DNA of 64,000 nucleotides from Amoebophrya sp. A120 (Eukaryota > Protista > Dinoflagellata), in contig CAJINV010000006.1 in assembly GCA_905178155.1 (NCBI GenBank), positions 4,641,795 through 4,705,794 of the forward strand. Direction: 5' to 3'. A program made the translations under genes and the position numbers. Under the pieces are notes generated by a model. The model searched no databases and had not been told where the DNA came from. It saw nothing but the letters and a program-made list of their open reading frames with translations. Positions 63,301 to 64,000 of the stretch are shown here, piece by piece (positions within the stretch are counted from its first letter, which is position 1; each line of letters starts with the position of its first letter).

Positions 63301-64000
63301 CTTTCTCTCCATGCCGATCGCGATCGTCGGCACCAGCTTTTCGAAAACGTGGTTTGAACAGGACATTATCATAGTGGTCGAAAAAGTCCGGTCCAGAATG
63401 CGGCAGCAGGGGTACACGACGGACGATTTGCGGGAAGTCTTCAACGAACTAGACGAGGATGGATCCGGTTCGATTGAGTTCAACGAATTCAAACGGATGC
63501 TGGAGGCGTTTCACTTTTTTGGGTCTTTGGCCACTTGTCGGAAGCTATTCAACCACTTCGACTGCAACGGAACCGGGTCGATTTCGTACCAGGAGTTTGT
63601 TTGCGGAATTTTCCCCGAGATCATAGACGTAGATGAATTGCTGGAGTATGATGAGGAGTTGGAACATATCAGAGGAAAAAGTGGTAACGTAAACGGAATT
63701 TGTGATGTAGAAAATGCATCACAAAACGTGCCCAAGTTTGTCATGCGTAGCATGCATACTAGGCAAAATCTGTCATGCATATTTGCAATCTATGGAAACC
63801 GTTAATGTTACCGCTTTTTTGTTTGATAGAACAGATGGAGAACGCGAAAAACTCTTCGGGGTCGGCGACGGCAAGTCTTTTTTCCGGAGAAGAGGAAGAG
63901 GATTGTTCCGACGATTCCGATTTCGACAGCAATGATGAAGACGAGGAGGGTGACAAATCTGGAGGTTCTTCCGACAGCGCGTCATTACCCTCTAGCAGCA
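60331..64000 (+). CDS. Kv-fold (6TM) cation channel with two C-terminal EF-hands; runs off the window
   Basis: LWLFLEEP, FTLEACLRF, NNVADIISVLPY, LLKLTRY, S6 LGVIFLSMPIAIVGTSF, EF loops DEDGSGSIEFNE and DCNGTGSISYQE; 7 elements and 2 GT-AG introns. Confidence 0.85.
60367..60628. mobile_element. Introner, family A
   Basis: DR AGCCC; about 34-nt perfect TIR. Confidence 0.92.
61014..61176 (+). other. GT-AG intron (another in this gene: 61741-61876)
   Basis: Frame restoration. Confidence 0.7.
61256..61363. mobile_element. Introner, family F
   Basis: DR CGAGC/CCAGC. Confidence 0.9.
61949..62099. mobile_element. Introner, family B
   Basis: DR ACAAC. Confidence 0.9.
62193..62454. mobile_element. 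Introner, family A
   Basis: DR CACTC; restores FTLEACLRF. Confidence 0.9.
62550..62727. mobile_element. Introner, family B
   Basis: DR TTTGC; restores ISVLPY. Confidence 0.9.
62948..63056. mobile_element. Introner, family F
   Basis: DR TGTTG/TGCTG. Confidence 0.9.
63667..63828. mobile_element. Introner, singleton M (TATCA..AAAAAGYGGTAAC TIR)
   Basis: DR GAACA; restores LEQMENAK. Confidence 0.88.

Noticed and set aside
1-64000. Autonomous transposase or reverse transcriptase, rRNA, tRNA
   Set aside because: None recognisable in the window.

Overview
Eukaryotic, gene-dense 64 kb window with about 13 protein genes, all on the + strand. The architecture points to a parasitic alveolate, most likely the syndinian dinoflagellate Amoebophrya (inference). 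The ORF track is fragmented because the window holds 63 short (106-323 nt) MITE-like elements, 58 of them inside gene models. Each starts TAT (rarely TAC/TAA/TAG/GAT), ends ATA (rarely ATG/ATT), has family-specific terminal inverted repeats (TIRs, about 13 families) and is flanked by a 5-nt direct repeat (DR; 46 perfect, 17 with 1-2 mismatches). Removing the element plus one DR copy restores the reading frame, so they behave as non-canonical introns (introners). All families share an internal TGT[C/G/A]ATGC motif in both orientations, several families are removed in either orientation, and lengths cluster at about 107/155/213/260/307 nt. A filled/empty site pair (56547 vs 55966) shows the DR is a target-site duplication. 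Reconstructed genes: TPR + CS/PIH1-like co-chaperone, three Shewanella-like (calcineurin-like) phosphatases (one intronless), an EXD1/Egalitarian-like 3'-5' exonuclease, SANBR/KIAA1841, a DTW-domain tRNA acp3U transferase, a Kv-fold EF-hand channel with a degenerate filter, and hypothetical proteins. Other oddities: diverged duplicates of intergenic/gene-end DNA next to GC-rich or A-tract islands, a 33-bp iterated motif, and a 1176-bp tandem repeat that reads like a structured RNA. All gene models and coordinates were read by eye; family letters A-M are my own labels.
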